Part shown: in pieces, positions 53,245-64,000 of the stretch
Numbering within the stretch: position 1 is the stretch's first letter
Layout: each line of letters starts with the position of its first letter
Assembly: GCA_964106645.2 (NCBI GenBank)
Contig: OZ067043.1
From: Podarcis pityusensis
Taxonomy: Eukaryota
Length of the DNA stretch: 64,000 nucleotides
Reading direction: 5' to 3' (one strand)
The notes under the pieces: model-generated
What the model was told of the DNA's origin: nothing
Databases searched by the model: none
Seen by the model: the letters and a program-made list of their open reading frames with translations, nothing else
Translations under genes and position numbers: made by a program

Positions 53245-56200
53245 GGGAAGGAGGAGCGGGAGAGAGAGATTTGAGAGCATTTTTACAGCCTGTTCTGGAA
53301 CTATTTCCCTAGTGCTATCCTTCCCTCTCACTCCCAGCTACCGAGGAGGAAATCTATCAGTTCACTGCCAGTCCAGGATATGGTTACACTTTCACTCCAA
53401 ACTTGGAAATTGCTGCTTTCCTTTCTGTACCTAGCTGTGCAATTTGTTTAGTTTCAGTCCCTTATACCCTCCTTGTAAAGCAAACAAACAGAAAATCCTT
53501 TCAGCTCAGTTCAGAGGCTCCTAGACTGAGGGAAGCGCTCTGCTTTCTTTCTTTATGTGGGTAGGGAGAAAGGTTGGGAGGCAGCCACTGCAGCCCTGGC
53601 AAGCAAGTGGGAAAAAAGTGAAGTATGTGGTTTTTGCTTCCCCTAAAGGCAAGGAAGCATTCCTGCTCCACTTAAACTTTGCCATAGCGGGGCTCATGTG
53701 GAACTACAAATTCAGATTACTTTGACACATATTTTACAATCACCTCGGTATACCCCATCACCAAGCCCAGACCTTGGCCCAGGAATCTTGCTATATACAT
53801 TCTTCATTCTCACCCATATTCTCTACATCTGCACCCCACCCCCATCCCGCCTGGAGAAACTCTCCTGGTCAATCTCATCCACACCATTCCACTGTTAGAT
53901 AAACTTCCTTTCAAAGTGAGTCTGCTTAATCCTATATCTCCCCTCATTCAGATCCTCCTCCAGTTGTAATGCGGGGCATGAGGAGGGGAGAGAGGTTGCT
54001 GAGTTATGAGCTATTCCTGACTCATGTCTACAACTTTCACAAGTTCTTTTGCAACACAAAAGGTGGGGAGGGAGACAGGACGTCAGGCTCTGTTAACTCT
54101 GAGAAAGCCAGCAGGACAGACAGAGGGAAGGCTGGGAAAGGGTGGACTAGGAAGGGGGAGAGAAAGGAGATTGAAAAACAAAGTGTGAGAGAGAAAACAG
54201 ACCATGAATGAGTGAGGGTGAAAGGGAAGATAAACAGGCAATGACAGAATGAGACTAGGTTAGAGAGACACAGCAACACAACACATACACACACTTCATA
54301 GTTACCAAGAAAAGAAACAGCAGGGGGAGAAAAACAGTAAGAGAAAAATTCCAAAAGATGGGCGGGTGGGTGTTTGCACACGTGTGTGTGCGTGCACACA
54401 CACAAATATATATAAACACATACACTAAAAAAAAAAAGAGGAGACACTCACAGATTACAGGAATCTGACTTCACCCTTACTGCCTTTGTTCTTTCAAGAT
54501 ATTTTCCATTCAGTGACTGCATTTCCTTCCTGAAAAAGCTATTGGAAAAAGCTGGCTGTTGGCTCGAAAGAAGCCCTGATGAATTATTGCTGTTAATATC
54601 AGCAGTGATTTTGCCTTCTTCACTTTCAGTTAAACTCATTAATGGAGATGGCGGCCCGTCTGGTACCTTCACAGAAGGGCTACTCCTTTCAGGGCAGGTG
54701 TTATAGAGGCCCGAGGGAAAGAGGAGGAGGTGGTGGTTTAGAAGAGAAGGAAAAATGTTTCAGGCCAGGTCTGGATTCCATCATATCCCACAAACTCCCT
54801 TAAGAGATGGCATTTTTATAGTGCATTTTCAAGACTGGAAAAGACCCATTAGGGCATAAAGACAGTCTCCCTGCCAATATAGGATTTTCCCCTATAGCCA
54901 TCTGCCTTTTCTAAATTTACTGCATTTCAAGTAATGGTCTTCCATAGCCACTGTTCCAATATAGGAGGTGCTTGGGCCTAATCCAAAGCTTGTTGAAAAA
55001 ACAACGAAGTCAGTGGAAAACTCCCAGCAGGGCTCCATTTAAAACTTCTTGGAATAAAGTAAAGTCACCTAACATATTGCCAGGAACTTACAGGCACTCC
55101 TGATGGAGAGAGATCAGAACATATAAGCAAAGCTATTTTGTGGAATGGATACTGTGAAAGCTTAGATCTGTTGGGTCCAATGTTATTTTTCATTGATCAG
55201 GTTTGAAAAATTGGGGTGGGGGGTGGAGAAGAGTGCAAAAGACCCTAACCTTCATTGCACTGTAATGGTTTGCGATGCCGAAACTGACACATTAAACTGG
55301 TAAAAAACCCCAAAATGGCTTTAGTTTTGCTAATCCTAGTCCCATCTGGCTGTTCTGAAGATTAACATCTTCAACAATATTTTAAGACATGAATAGGGGT
55401 GCTGGACATCAGATGAAGTCTTATTGCCTTCAGTGCCAACAATGGTGCCTTGAAGGTAAGTGAGCCTATACCAATTCGATTTGATAGGTTTAGAAATAGG
55501 CAGCCAAGTGAAAAAAATAAATGCAACAGACCTGGATGAGGAGAAGACAGCTTATACACTCAAGATCAAACTGAAGGTATGTGGTTCCAAACTAAATAGA
55601 ATAAGTGAGAGGGGAACACAACAAGCAATATAATCCCCCTGCTTTATTCCAGACATATTTCAACAGAAAGAAAATGAGAACAAACAGTGCTGAGACCACT
55701 GCATAGATTTGGCTCCCTAGGGTGTCCGGAAAAGCAGAAGGCAGCCTCCCCCATCTCCATACTCTCATCCACTGGGTTTCCTCCATTTCCAGCAGACTGT
55801 GGAGGCAGTTCAGTTTGGTATAGGCGGGACCTTCAGCTCCAGGAGAGCACATACTAATTACTTTCCTTTGTTAATTAAACCCACGTGGCTCTAATAAGGT
55901 AACCTGCTGTTCGCCGATAAATTTAATTAGCCTGAAGGGAGAGCCCCTCCACACAGCTATTTAAAATTGTCACTTTCCATTCACTTGGGCTCCCCCCCCC
56001 TTCTCTTGCTGTTCCTCCTTTAGACCTGAATTTATGCTCATTTTGCAAGCCCTTTCATGTCCCAAACCTGCTGCCCTCAATGGCATGTACATGTTCAATG
56101 ACCTCCATCTTGGCAACATCTCTAGGGACATTCAAAGCTGAAAGCAGGACACTTTTATAGCTTTGCATCTGAAGAGCAGGCTTTGTGCTTCGGGTGTAAC

Positions 56201-57089
56201 TTATTCAGAGTGTAACTAGGTGTTACAAGAAGCACAGAACTGCTGCCTCTCCACGTCTCTCTCACCCTCTTCCTCATAGTGTCTACATTAACACAATGTG
56301 TGATGTGATGTCATCATGCTATGCATTGCCCTTGTGTCATATCATTGGCTGTCATTTATCGGAGAGGGGCAGAGCACAACATGACAACATAATGTCAAGC
56401 ATGATAGGAAATGTTTTGAAGAAGAGTGGAAGAGAGACACGGAGCAACAAAAGATCTTTGAGTGCATCCAACATCTTTCTGAATCACACAGAATGAACAA
56501 TAAACTGCAGCTCATGTTTTGAGCATTATATTGTGAGGGGGCAGGGCTTGCAAAGATATGTATTTGATGGTCAATGTTCCACTTCTGAGAAGGTTTCATT
56601 GATCAAAAGCCACATATTCTTCTAAGGCCACCCTGCCCACCTTGTAGTTTTCAACATTTCTACAAATAACCAAGGACTACACAGCGTCATTTTCCATTAT
56701 CCCAGACTAGGTATTCAGGCAAAAGGGTCAGATTCCCACACCCCAACCACCATCTGTGTGTCTGGCTCCTACAGCCCCATTACTAGGCTACCACATCAAT
56801 TTTTTAATCTATTAACTGGAAGCACTTCACGATTAATTATGTTGCCACGGACTCAGCTATGCTGACTCAAGCCCTCACCTGTTTCCTTTCACTGAAAGGC
56901 TTTGGCCTTACTTGGTCAAATATTAAAGTCCACATGGCTGCAAAATCAGCTTTTTGCCATCCAGTGGAATGTCTCTTTTTAACACGTCTTATTTTAATGA
57001 CTCTAACAAGGTTCAGCCAACATGCTTCCGTCTCTTCCTCCTTGTGCTTCACAACTGAATCTTTTTAAAATTACTTCACTCATGAAGAC

Positions 57090-58130
57090 ACCATCTGAAC
57101 CCTTGGTAACTTACCATGTCTCTTGGCTATCCTACACCATCCTTGTTGCTCTTACACCAACTTGACATCTTAGCAAGGTAGCTGTTATGTGTGGACCCCC
57201 TTTAAGAACACAACTTAAAACATAAGGTAGCATCTGATTTCCACACCTTCCAATGGCTAGTTTCGCCTGTGTATTCTTCTACTCTGTCTGCAGATGGCAG
57301 GTAGTTGTAGCATTCCTCAGATCTCTGTCATGCTCTGGCCATCTACACTGGACAGAGCTTGTTTGTTTGTTTGTTTTTTTGGGGGGAAACATCTAGTCCT
57401 CTCTTTGCGTGGTATGGAGGCCCTTCCAAATGGATATCCCATATCGGCTCACTGTCTCTTTCACTGGATTGTCAAGACAATTTCACACTGCCATGAGATG
57501 CAGAACGTTAATTGTCCAGATCTGTTTTTTGCACACTCCACTAGCTTCATGATGACTCTACAGCTGTCAAGAGGCATAGCCATCACTAAGATCCACAGGG
57601 CAGTAACCTGGTCCACAGGTTTGACTTTTGCTAAGCAGTACAAACTGGACATGAAGCAGCCTTCATGATTCCTGCCCTGAATGAGATCTCACAGCATTGC
57701 TGCCCATTTCCTCTTTACAATGAAAGAACAAAATATTCTCCCCTATGAGGGGTTGCACAGAATCCATGAGTAAGAAACAGATAATTGCTCACCTGTTATT
57801 TTTAAAAATAGGTATCATGTGCAGTCACACATCTCACCCTCCATCCAAACACTATGAAAATATCCAGAGGATCATGACTATTTTTACTTGTCTTATAGGA
57901 CCTCTCTGCAATGGTTAGGGGATGGGACTGAGCAGAAAGTAGTGACTGTGCCTGCTAACTTCATTTATGATCAGTTCTTGAAGATGGGCAAGGGAGCCAT
58001 TACTCCTGGTCTTCCTGAGCTTTCTATAAAATAATGCCTGTGGTATTGTGCTAGCACACTCTCATTTATGGGGCTACACAGAATCCAAGAATGCACTGAT
58101 TATGGTGAGTGTATGACCTTTCATCTGGGG
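57090..58130 (+). mobile_element. Decayed DIRS1-like retrotransposon (tyrosine recombinase remnant plus terminal-repeat-like sequence)
   Basis: From 57142 the sequence reads LVALTPT*HLSKVA..GPP, like the YR LVAITSARRVSEL..DPP box. ORF 57294..57668 has LFVCF...HWIVKTI...AHSTS...RAVTWST..TFAKQYKLD, like the YR AHSTR / RAATWSS..TF..HY.LD motifs. Downstream repeats 'gcacagaatcca' (about 57755 and 58075), 'ttgctcacctgt' and 'gtgcagtcacaca' resemble DIRS terminal/internal complementary regions. Boundaries are approximate. Confidence 0.72.
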
Positions 58131-59816
58131 GACACATGCACCCAAATTCACTGACCAGTATGAAATCAGCTAATTACAGAGTGAATGGCAGTTGTGTCAG
58201 AACTGGATAAGTTATGACATCAGTGGTCTATTTAAAAAATCATTTAGCTTCTCACTCTCCAATTGAAATCACGAAGAAATAGTTAAGATGAAATAGTCTA
58301 GGATGGAATTATAACAGATAGGATCATCTAACTCAGAATTGTCAGGTCTTTATTAGCTCCAGTCATGGTCTTAAGTAGAACTCTCTCTTGCTATCCAAGA
58401 TCATTTAGCTGAAGATGGCAGGGACTGAGCGCAGGAACTTATGCATGCAAAGTATATGCTCTGATATGGAGACTTCACTAACATGGTCACAGGGATATGC
58501 TTTAGCTAAATAGGAATCAGTAGGGGAAGGGACATAAACTTAGAGTGAGATCAAATAAAATGGTGGACAGATATGATAGTCCCAAAGGATGAAGACAGCA
58601 AGGAAGTGGGCGGGCAAGCAAAGACAGGGTTGATTAACCCATTTGGCTATGTCTTTATTTTCTATTTAGATTGCTAAAATATACATAGTAAAAGATAACT
58701 AAACAGATCTTGTTTATAAAACACTAAAAATTCAAAACATATTTAAATAAAAAGAAGAAAGAAAATAAGAAAAGATATGAGAGTAATCAAGCATAAAGTA
58801 ACAAGTGATCAGTATATATTGCTCAGCAGCCTGGTTAATTATGAGGCAAACCTGTTATTACAATTAAACAAATGAAAACAAAGCATGAATATTTTGTGAA
58901 TTTAAAATTTTAAACTCAATTGTTCTGTGAGTTTACTGGGAGCACAGCCCTCCTTGCTTCTTTTATAAATAAGAAAGTTAGTAGTAAGAGGTTGATATTC
59001 CCTTTTCATGCCACTACAGAATATATAGGGGTTTGGGAGATTTCCAATTAGCAGCTATCATTTGCCTCACTGTTGTCGAAAGGAAAGCAGTTAATTCCAG
59101 ACTTTCTTTAACTATTCCCTTTATATCAACTTTATAGCAATATTTCCATAAACATTGCCACCATTTATGGCATCTCACTGACATGGCAACATCTCAAATG
59201 TGAAGTGTCCCAAATAAACAAATCCACAGGAGCAATACGCAGCGGCCAATTTCCTTCTGAGCCTAATCAACTAGTGGTTCAAAGATGAGCCTAGATCATG
59301 TTTTGGCATGCTACCATTCTGTTACTAAAGTGGGTTGAACAGTAGGAGCAAAACTGCACTCTGTGCCTGTGACAAGAGCTACAGATTGCCAGTCTGTCAT
59401 GAAACAGTGCAATCTCACCTGAAAATGGAGTACATGTGGCCCATGTGGCTGTGTGAAGAAAAAGGCTCAAAGCCCAACTGTGCCATATCACATACTAATG
59501 CAGAATATTGGCAGGCGTTTAGTCCTCAGCAAGCTCTTCTACACCTTATTGTTTAACATTCTTTGTAGAACCCGGGAATACTGCCATAGGTTCTTGCTAC
59601 CCCAGAGCACTAAGGCATCCCGCAACTCTGACGCTTTTCTCAGTACACTCTCCTCCAGCCTCAAAACCTAAAAAAAGCTTCCAATAACACATCTGTTTCC
59701 ACATATCAACATCCAACTCACTGCTCTGAGCCACTTTAAATATTATATCCATAATGGGAATAAAACACACAGGTGTCTTAACTAAGCTCTGCTCAAATGT
59801 CTCTATCAGTCAAAAG

Positions 59817-59844
59817 TATGTATGTATGTATGTATGTATGTATG
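59817..59844 (+). repeat. (TATG)7 microsatellite
   Basis: Read directly from the sequence. Confidence 0.93.
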
Positions 59845-60466
59845 TATTCACTGTCCTTCATCATAAGATCTCAGGGCGGTTCACAGAAGTAAATCTACAA
59901 GAATACAGATGCTACTCTCACTTCAAGTTCATAGAATCATAGAATACAATCCAGATGTTTCTGCCTTCCTCTGATATTAACTCTCAATGAATTAAATAAT
60001 TTCAGCGCAATTCTCCAGAAGTACTCAACAAGTACAAAGTTCTATAAATGGTATTTAAGCCATATGACCTTGAATGACATCTTTAAATAGTTGTTTGGCT
60101 TGCTTTGGCAATGTAAAATTTAGTATGGGTGCCACAATTAAAATATATATATACACCAAGAATGTATTCAGGAGTGACAACCCCATCAATCAACTGACAT
60201 GGAAGGTGGCCTACTACGTAAATACCAGCTTGGAACATGGAACAAAAATTAAATTATCATCTGTGTAATGGAAACAACCATAGTGCAATACCTCCAAAGA
60301 CCACAGTAACATTAGGTATATAAGGAATACTAATATATCTTAATACTATAGTATTTAAGAACCAAAAGTTTGTGGTTCAGAGGATCAGCAGTGAGTTTTT
60401 TAAAATCACATCAGGAAGCATAGCTTTTCAGAGGCACTTTTTGCCAGAAAGCTCTTATCCTCTCAC

Positions 60467-60556
60467 CTGGACTGCTGGCTGCTTATTTTCATTGCTGCTG
60501 GGAGAAGTCAGCCCTGTTGCCTGTTGCAGAAGGAACTGCCGTGCCACCTGAAGAGC
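60467..60556 (-). CDS. FOXP4: FOXP4 exon A (~human exon 3), 90 nt, [30 protein letters not shown]
   Basis: Acceptor ctttccctccag, donor CAG|gtgag, phase 0-0. Matches FOXP4 [12 protein letters not shown]. Not present in the ORF track. Confidence 0.95.
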
Positions 60557-60851
60557 CTGGAGGGAAAGATATATAGTACAGGATGAAGATTTAAAAAGTG
60601 GAGTCTCTTTTTATATTCTTTCCAATGCAAACTTGCCATCAAATTTGAAAAATAACTACTCACATACTCAAGACAGCAGATCAAATATTACTTGACAAAG
60701 TAGTTTGTATTAAGCATGCAACACTGGCACAGACAAGACCACAAATAGCAGGACCTCCATGAAGCCAGGCATTTCTCTTCCACCATTGTGAAGGTTCACA
60801 TTACCAGAAAGATCTGAGACCAAAGAATGATCCAGGATGCTGGAAGACTAA

Positions 60852-61285
60852 TGTAATGGTTCTAGGGGTTGCTCGTGCGTAAGCCGGTGCAAACACCTGG
60901 CTGGATTGCCTGAGTGAACCTTTTCTGTCCGGACAGCCACTCACCCGTGGCTGTCTCAATCGCTGGCAGAATCCGTCAGTGGGCGTTTCTTAAACTTCTT
61001 CCAGCAAAGAAGCTCTTTGACGCCTAGTCTCCGCCTACTCTCTCTGCGCGGAAGCCTTCTGCGCAAGGAGGGCGTAGGCAGCGGAGGACCTCTACTCTCC
61101 CCGCTGGTCCCCGGCAAGGAGTCATGGGACCGCCTCGCCGCTTCCCCCATCTGCCCCCTTCTCCACTGGTGCTACGCTGATTCTCTTCCCCAGAAGATGG
61201 GCTGCCTCTCCCAATCCTGGGACGCTCTCCAGAATCCCTCTGGATTTTGCTCTCTCCCTCCGGCACTGATGGCAGTTCCCTGACA
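60852..61285. mobile_element. Solo LTR (434 bp), probably Gypsy-like
   Basis: Begins TGTAA and ends TGACA. Flanked by the 5-bp direct repeat actaa (60847-60851 / 61286-61290). GC- and CpG-rich relative to the flanks. Confidence 0.8.
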
Positions 61286-62554
61286 ACTAAGCTAAAACAG
61301 AAATAGTCCTCACCAGCTATCAGCATAGGAGGCTACTGAAACTCCAACATAAGAGCCATATTAATAAGGAAATAACATTTAAGAAGATAGATCCAGGCGA
61401 ATGAAATTTATTTTTTTTATCTGATTTTCTCTGTGTCCATATCCCACTCCAATCTCATAGCAACACAGAGATAGTGCAGCGTCAAGTAGCTGCATATTGT
61501 TTTTAGGATGGAGAGGATGGGATCAATAGTCTTTTGGCAACAGTCAAAAGGAATAGGCTTCCATTGACCTAACTCAATTTAAATCTACCCCACTCCACCT
61601 TGGTCTTTCAAGTCTCAAATACAAGCATGGATTATGTCTGTACACAGATTGGTCTAGATGGGCCAATATACCTTGAAGAATGACATTCTGGATACAGATT
61701 GTTAAAAATCCTGCCAGATTCAAATATTCTAGGCAGCTGGGAATATAATTTGTGTAACAAATTAAGTAGTCACTACACATAGAACAACTATGGGTATTTT
61801 TTTACTTACTTGTTCTATTAATATACCACGTTTCAGCCAAGACTCCCAACACATAATCCAAAATTTAAAACTACTAAAAAAAAACCACTACAAAAAGAAA
61901 CCAGTTGTACATAATATACAACAGAATTCTCTCAGGCAGACTAATGGTTCATTCAGGAGCTGCTGGAATGGGCTCTCTGGCCTGTGCTTCCTCACTTCTG
62001 TCTTCCTTCAAGACACACAGGACTTAAAGTATCCCCAGTGAAGATGGGGAAAGGGCTTCTCACCCTTCTTCAGGCCACTGATATGTCTCTTCAGGAGCTG
62101 ATGGCATTCCTGTGCGTGATCACAGGCAATGGCTAGCCTGGTAAGCTCAACAGCAAACCATGACTGGCAAGCAGAGGGTGGAGAGTTGGGGAAGTGGAGA
62201 ATAGAAAGGCATGGTACTTTAAAAAAGAACACACAGGCATGGGAGGGAAGTGCACTCTAATATGTCAGATCACAGCAGCCATACCGCAGAGGGAAAAAGT
62301 CTATGCTTGCAAAGAGCAGAGGAGAGGGGTTTCATTCAGGAGCCAAGAGCAGACTGCAAGCAGAGAATAACCCCTAACACAAACAATCCTGTGGTACCAA
62401 AAGCGGCTGCTCCCAAAGCCCCACTTCCTCATACGTTTCTTATTTTTGCTTTGAGAAGAATTATTTTTTTTAAAAAAATGGTACATTTCTGAACAACAAA
62501 GTCATTGTAGCCCTGCCTGCAAGACAGGTTTTTATTACAGCATAGAGACAGGAG

Positions 62555-62795
62555 GGGGGAGCACGGAGGTAGAGGTCGACGGGTCATAGCCCAGCTTGGC
62601 GGTGCTGCAAACAGCATGTGGGTTCCACTGAGCTGTCAACACCGCAGCCGTAAATCAAGACTCTGGCTTCCAAAGGGCGGCTGTGCTCTCCCCAGTCAGC
62701 AGAGGCACTTGCAGGGTGTGTCCCAGAGAAAGAACCGCTTGTTAATTTTCCACATTTCCAGCTATAAAGAACAAAGTTACTTTCCGTCAGGCATT
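62555..62795. promoter_or_regulatory. Candidate intronic enhancer
   Basis: DR2-like AGGTCG-ac-GGGTCA 62573-86, CTGTCA 62633-38, ccgtaaatca (reverse complement TGATTTACGG) 62648-57. CpG-retaining. Confidence 0.4.
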
Positions 62796-64000
62796 TAAAC
62801 CTTACATACTGTACCGTACTCTCTCTGTTTGGAGGAGCAGCTGATTTTCAACACATGGATCAAATTAGTGTGTGCACACTTACCCGTATGCAATATAATT
62901 GCATACACCATGGCATGTAAATGCAAGACAGAGACTGTATTGTTGTAGCTACGAATGAGACTGATGCATAACTTAAACATGGGCACAACCTAGTTTTGCA
63001 GTGTAGATAGATATGCATGTGTGCTACGTGCAACGCATATGGACACACAGTGTAAACAAGAGTATCTACACACATGTTACAAAGTGATCTCATAAATATC
63101 TCTCATGCATACACCATATCTGGGAACACAGCAGGGATGTTTGCAAGTAATTTTATTTCTACGACAGTATGCAGCACAATTATAAGCAAGAATATACTCA
63201 TCACATAGCTATGAAAAACACATGAACAATTTTCAAAATGTATTTTAATATTTTAAATTTCAATATGATCTCTGTTGCATACTGCATGTACATCAGATTT
63301 ACCATGAATGTAAACTTTAAAGGTTAGCATCACTATAGGTTTGAAAGCACACCATATGTATGTCTTTAAGGCAGACGCCCAATTTTTTTCCAGGTGACTT
63401 TACATTAAGACACCACACAGATGTCCAAAGGATACCCGGTGTTTTATTACAGTTTCACTAAATGCTAAAAGAAGTGCAAGATTGCAAACAGTCTTTAGAA
63501 GCAGCTTACTGGCTAAAAAGCAACAAAGTTACAGACACTTCCTCAGTCACACAAACAGTACTAAAAGTCTCTTATAGCAACTTCTCCACCCATCCACCCA
63601 CAATATCAACAAACCTAATACAATTGTCAGTCATATAAAACTCAAAAACATGCTCCTAAATATATACTTTACAGGACAAACAAGCACTGAAACTGCATTG
63701 TGTTCATTTGAGAAGACATGCAGCAACAATGGAAAATGCCACAGACTAAATAATTTTTAGACTTGGTGTTTTCAATAAAGTTCACTGGTCTACATGTCAA
63801 CACATGAAAAGTAAGATATCAACAGTCCATTTCTGTATAAATAGTTCTATAAATCTAAGGTGGTGTGTGTTGCCTTCTTCGGAAATGAAAGCGATGTTTC
63901 CTTGGATTTGCCTACTATACAGGCATCAACCAAAACGACAAAAGAAAACAGTCGCAATGAAATCCCATTCAAAATTCAACAGGTTTAAAGTTTCAGCTGC

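Noticed and set aside
60956-61150. Basic 64-aa LTR ORF as an alternative FOXP4 N-terminus
   Set aside because: It stops at 60956, before the LTR donor, and is not in frame with exon A.

Overview
Eukaryotic (vertebrate) genomic DNA. A full-length Sauria SINE plus CR1, L2, L1, DIRS, hAT and Tc1/mariner repeats point to a squamate, most likely a lacertid lizard (inference). The whole window lies inside FOXP4 on the minus strand. Eleven consecutive coding exons (60556 down to 4039; equivalent to roughly human exons 3-13) were mapped by hand. All have GT-AG boundaries and compatible phases and join into 1314 nt / 438 codons covering the Q-rich region, C2H2 zinc finger, leucine zipper and the N-terminal part of the forkhead domain. 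The first coding exon (right) and the rest of the forkhead/C-terminus (left) are outside the window. The introns hold a young 5'-truncated L1 with a 21-bp TSD, a solo LTR with a 5-bp TSD, a decayed DIRS tyrosine-recombinase element, many MITEs and SINEs, microsatellites and several enhancer-like non-repetitive blocks. Most ORFs in the supplied track are spurious. No new multi-gene system is evident. The best leads are: (1) an intact PLNLV CtBP-type motif at an exon junction with alternative acceptors that could remove it; (2) a solo LTR with a sense GTGAGT donor just upstream of an exon; (3) candidate stop-containing cassette exons inside the forkhead intron; (4) inverted MITE pairs bracketing exons (circRNA candidates); (5) an 80-bp hairpin MITE with pre-miRNA-like geometry.
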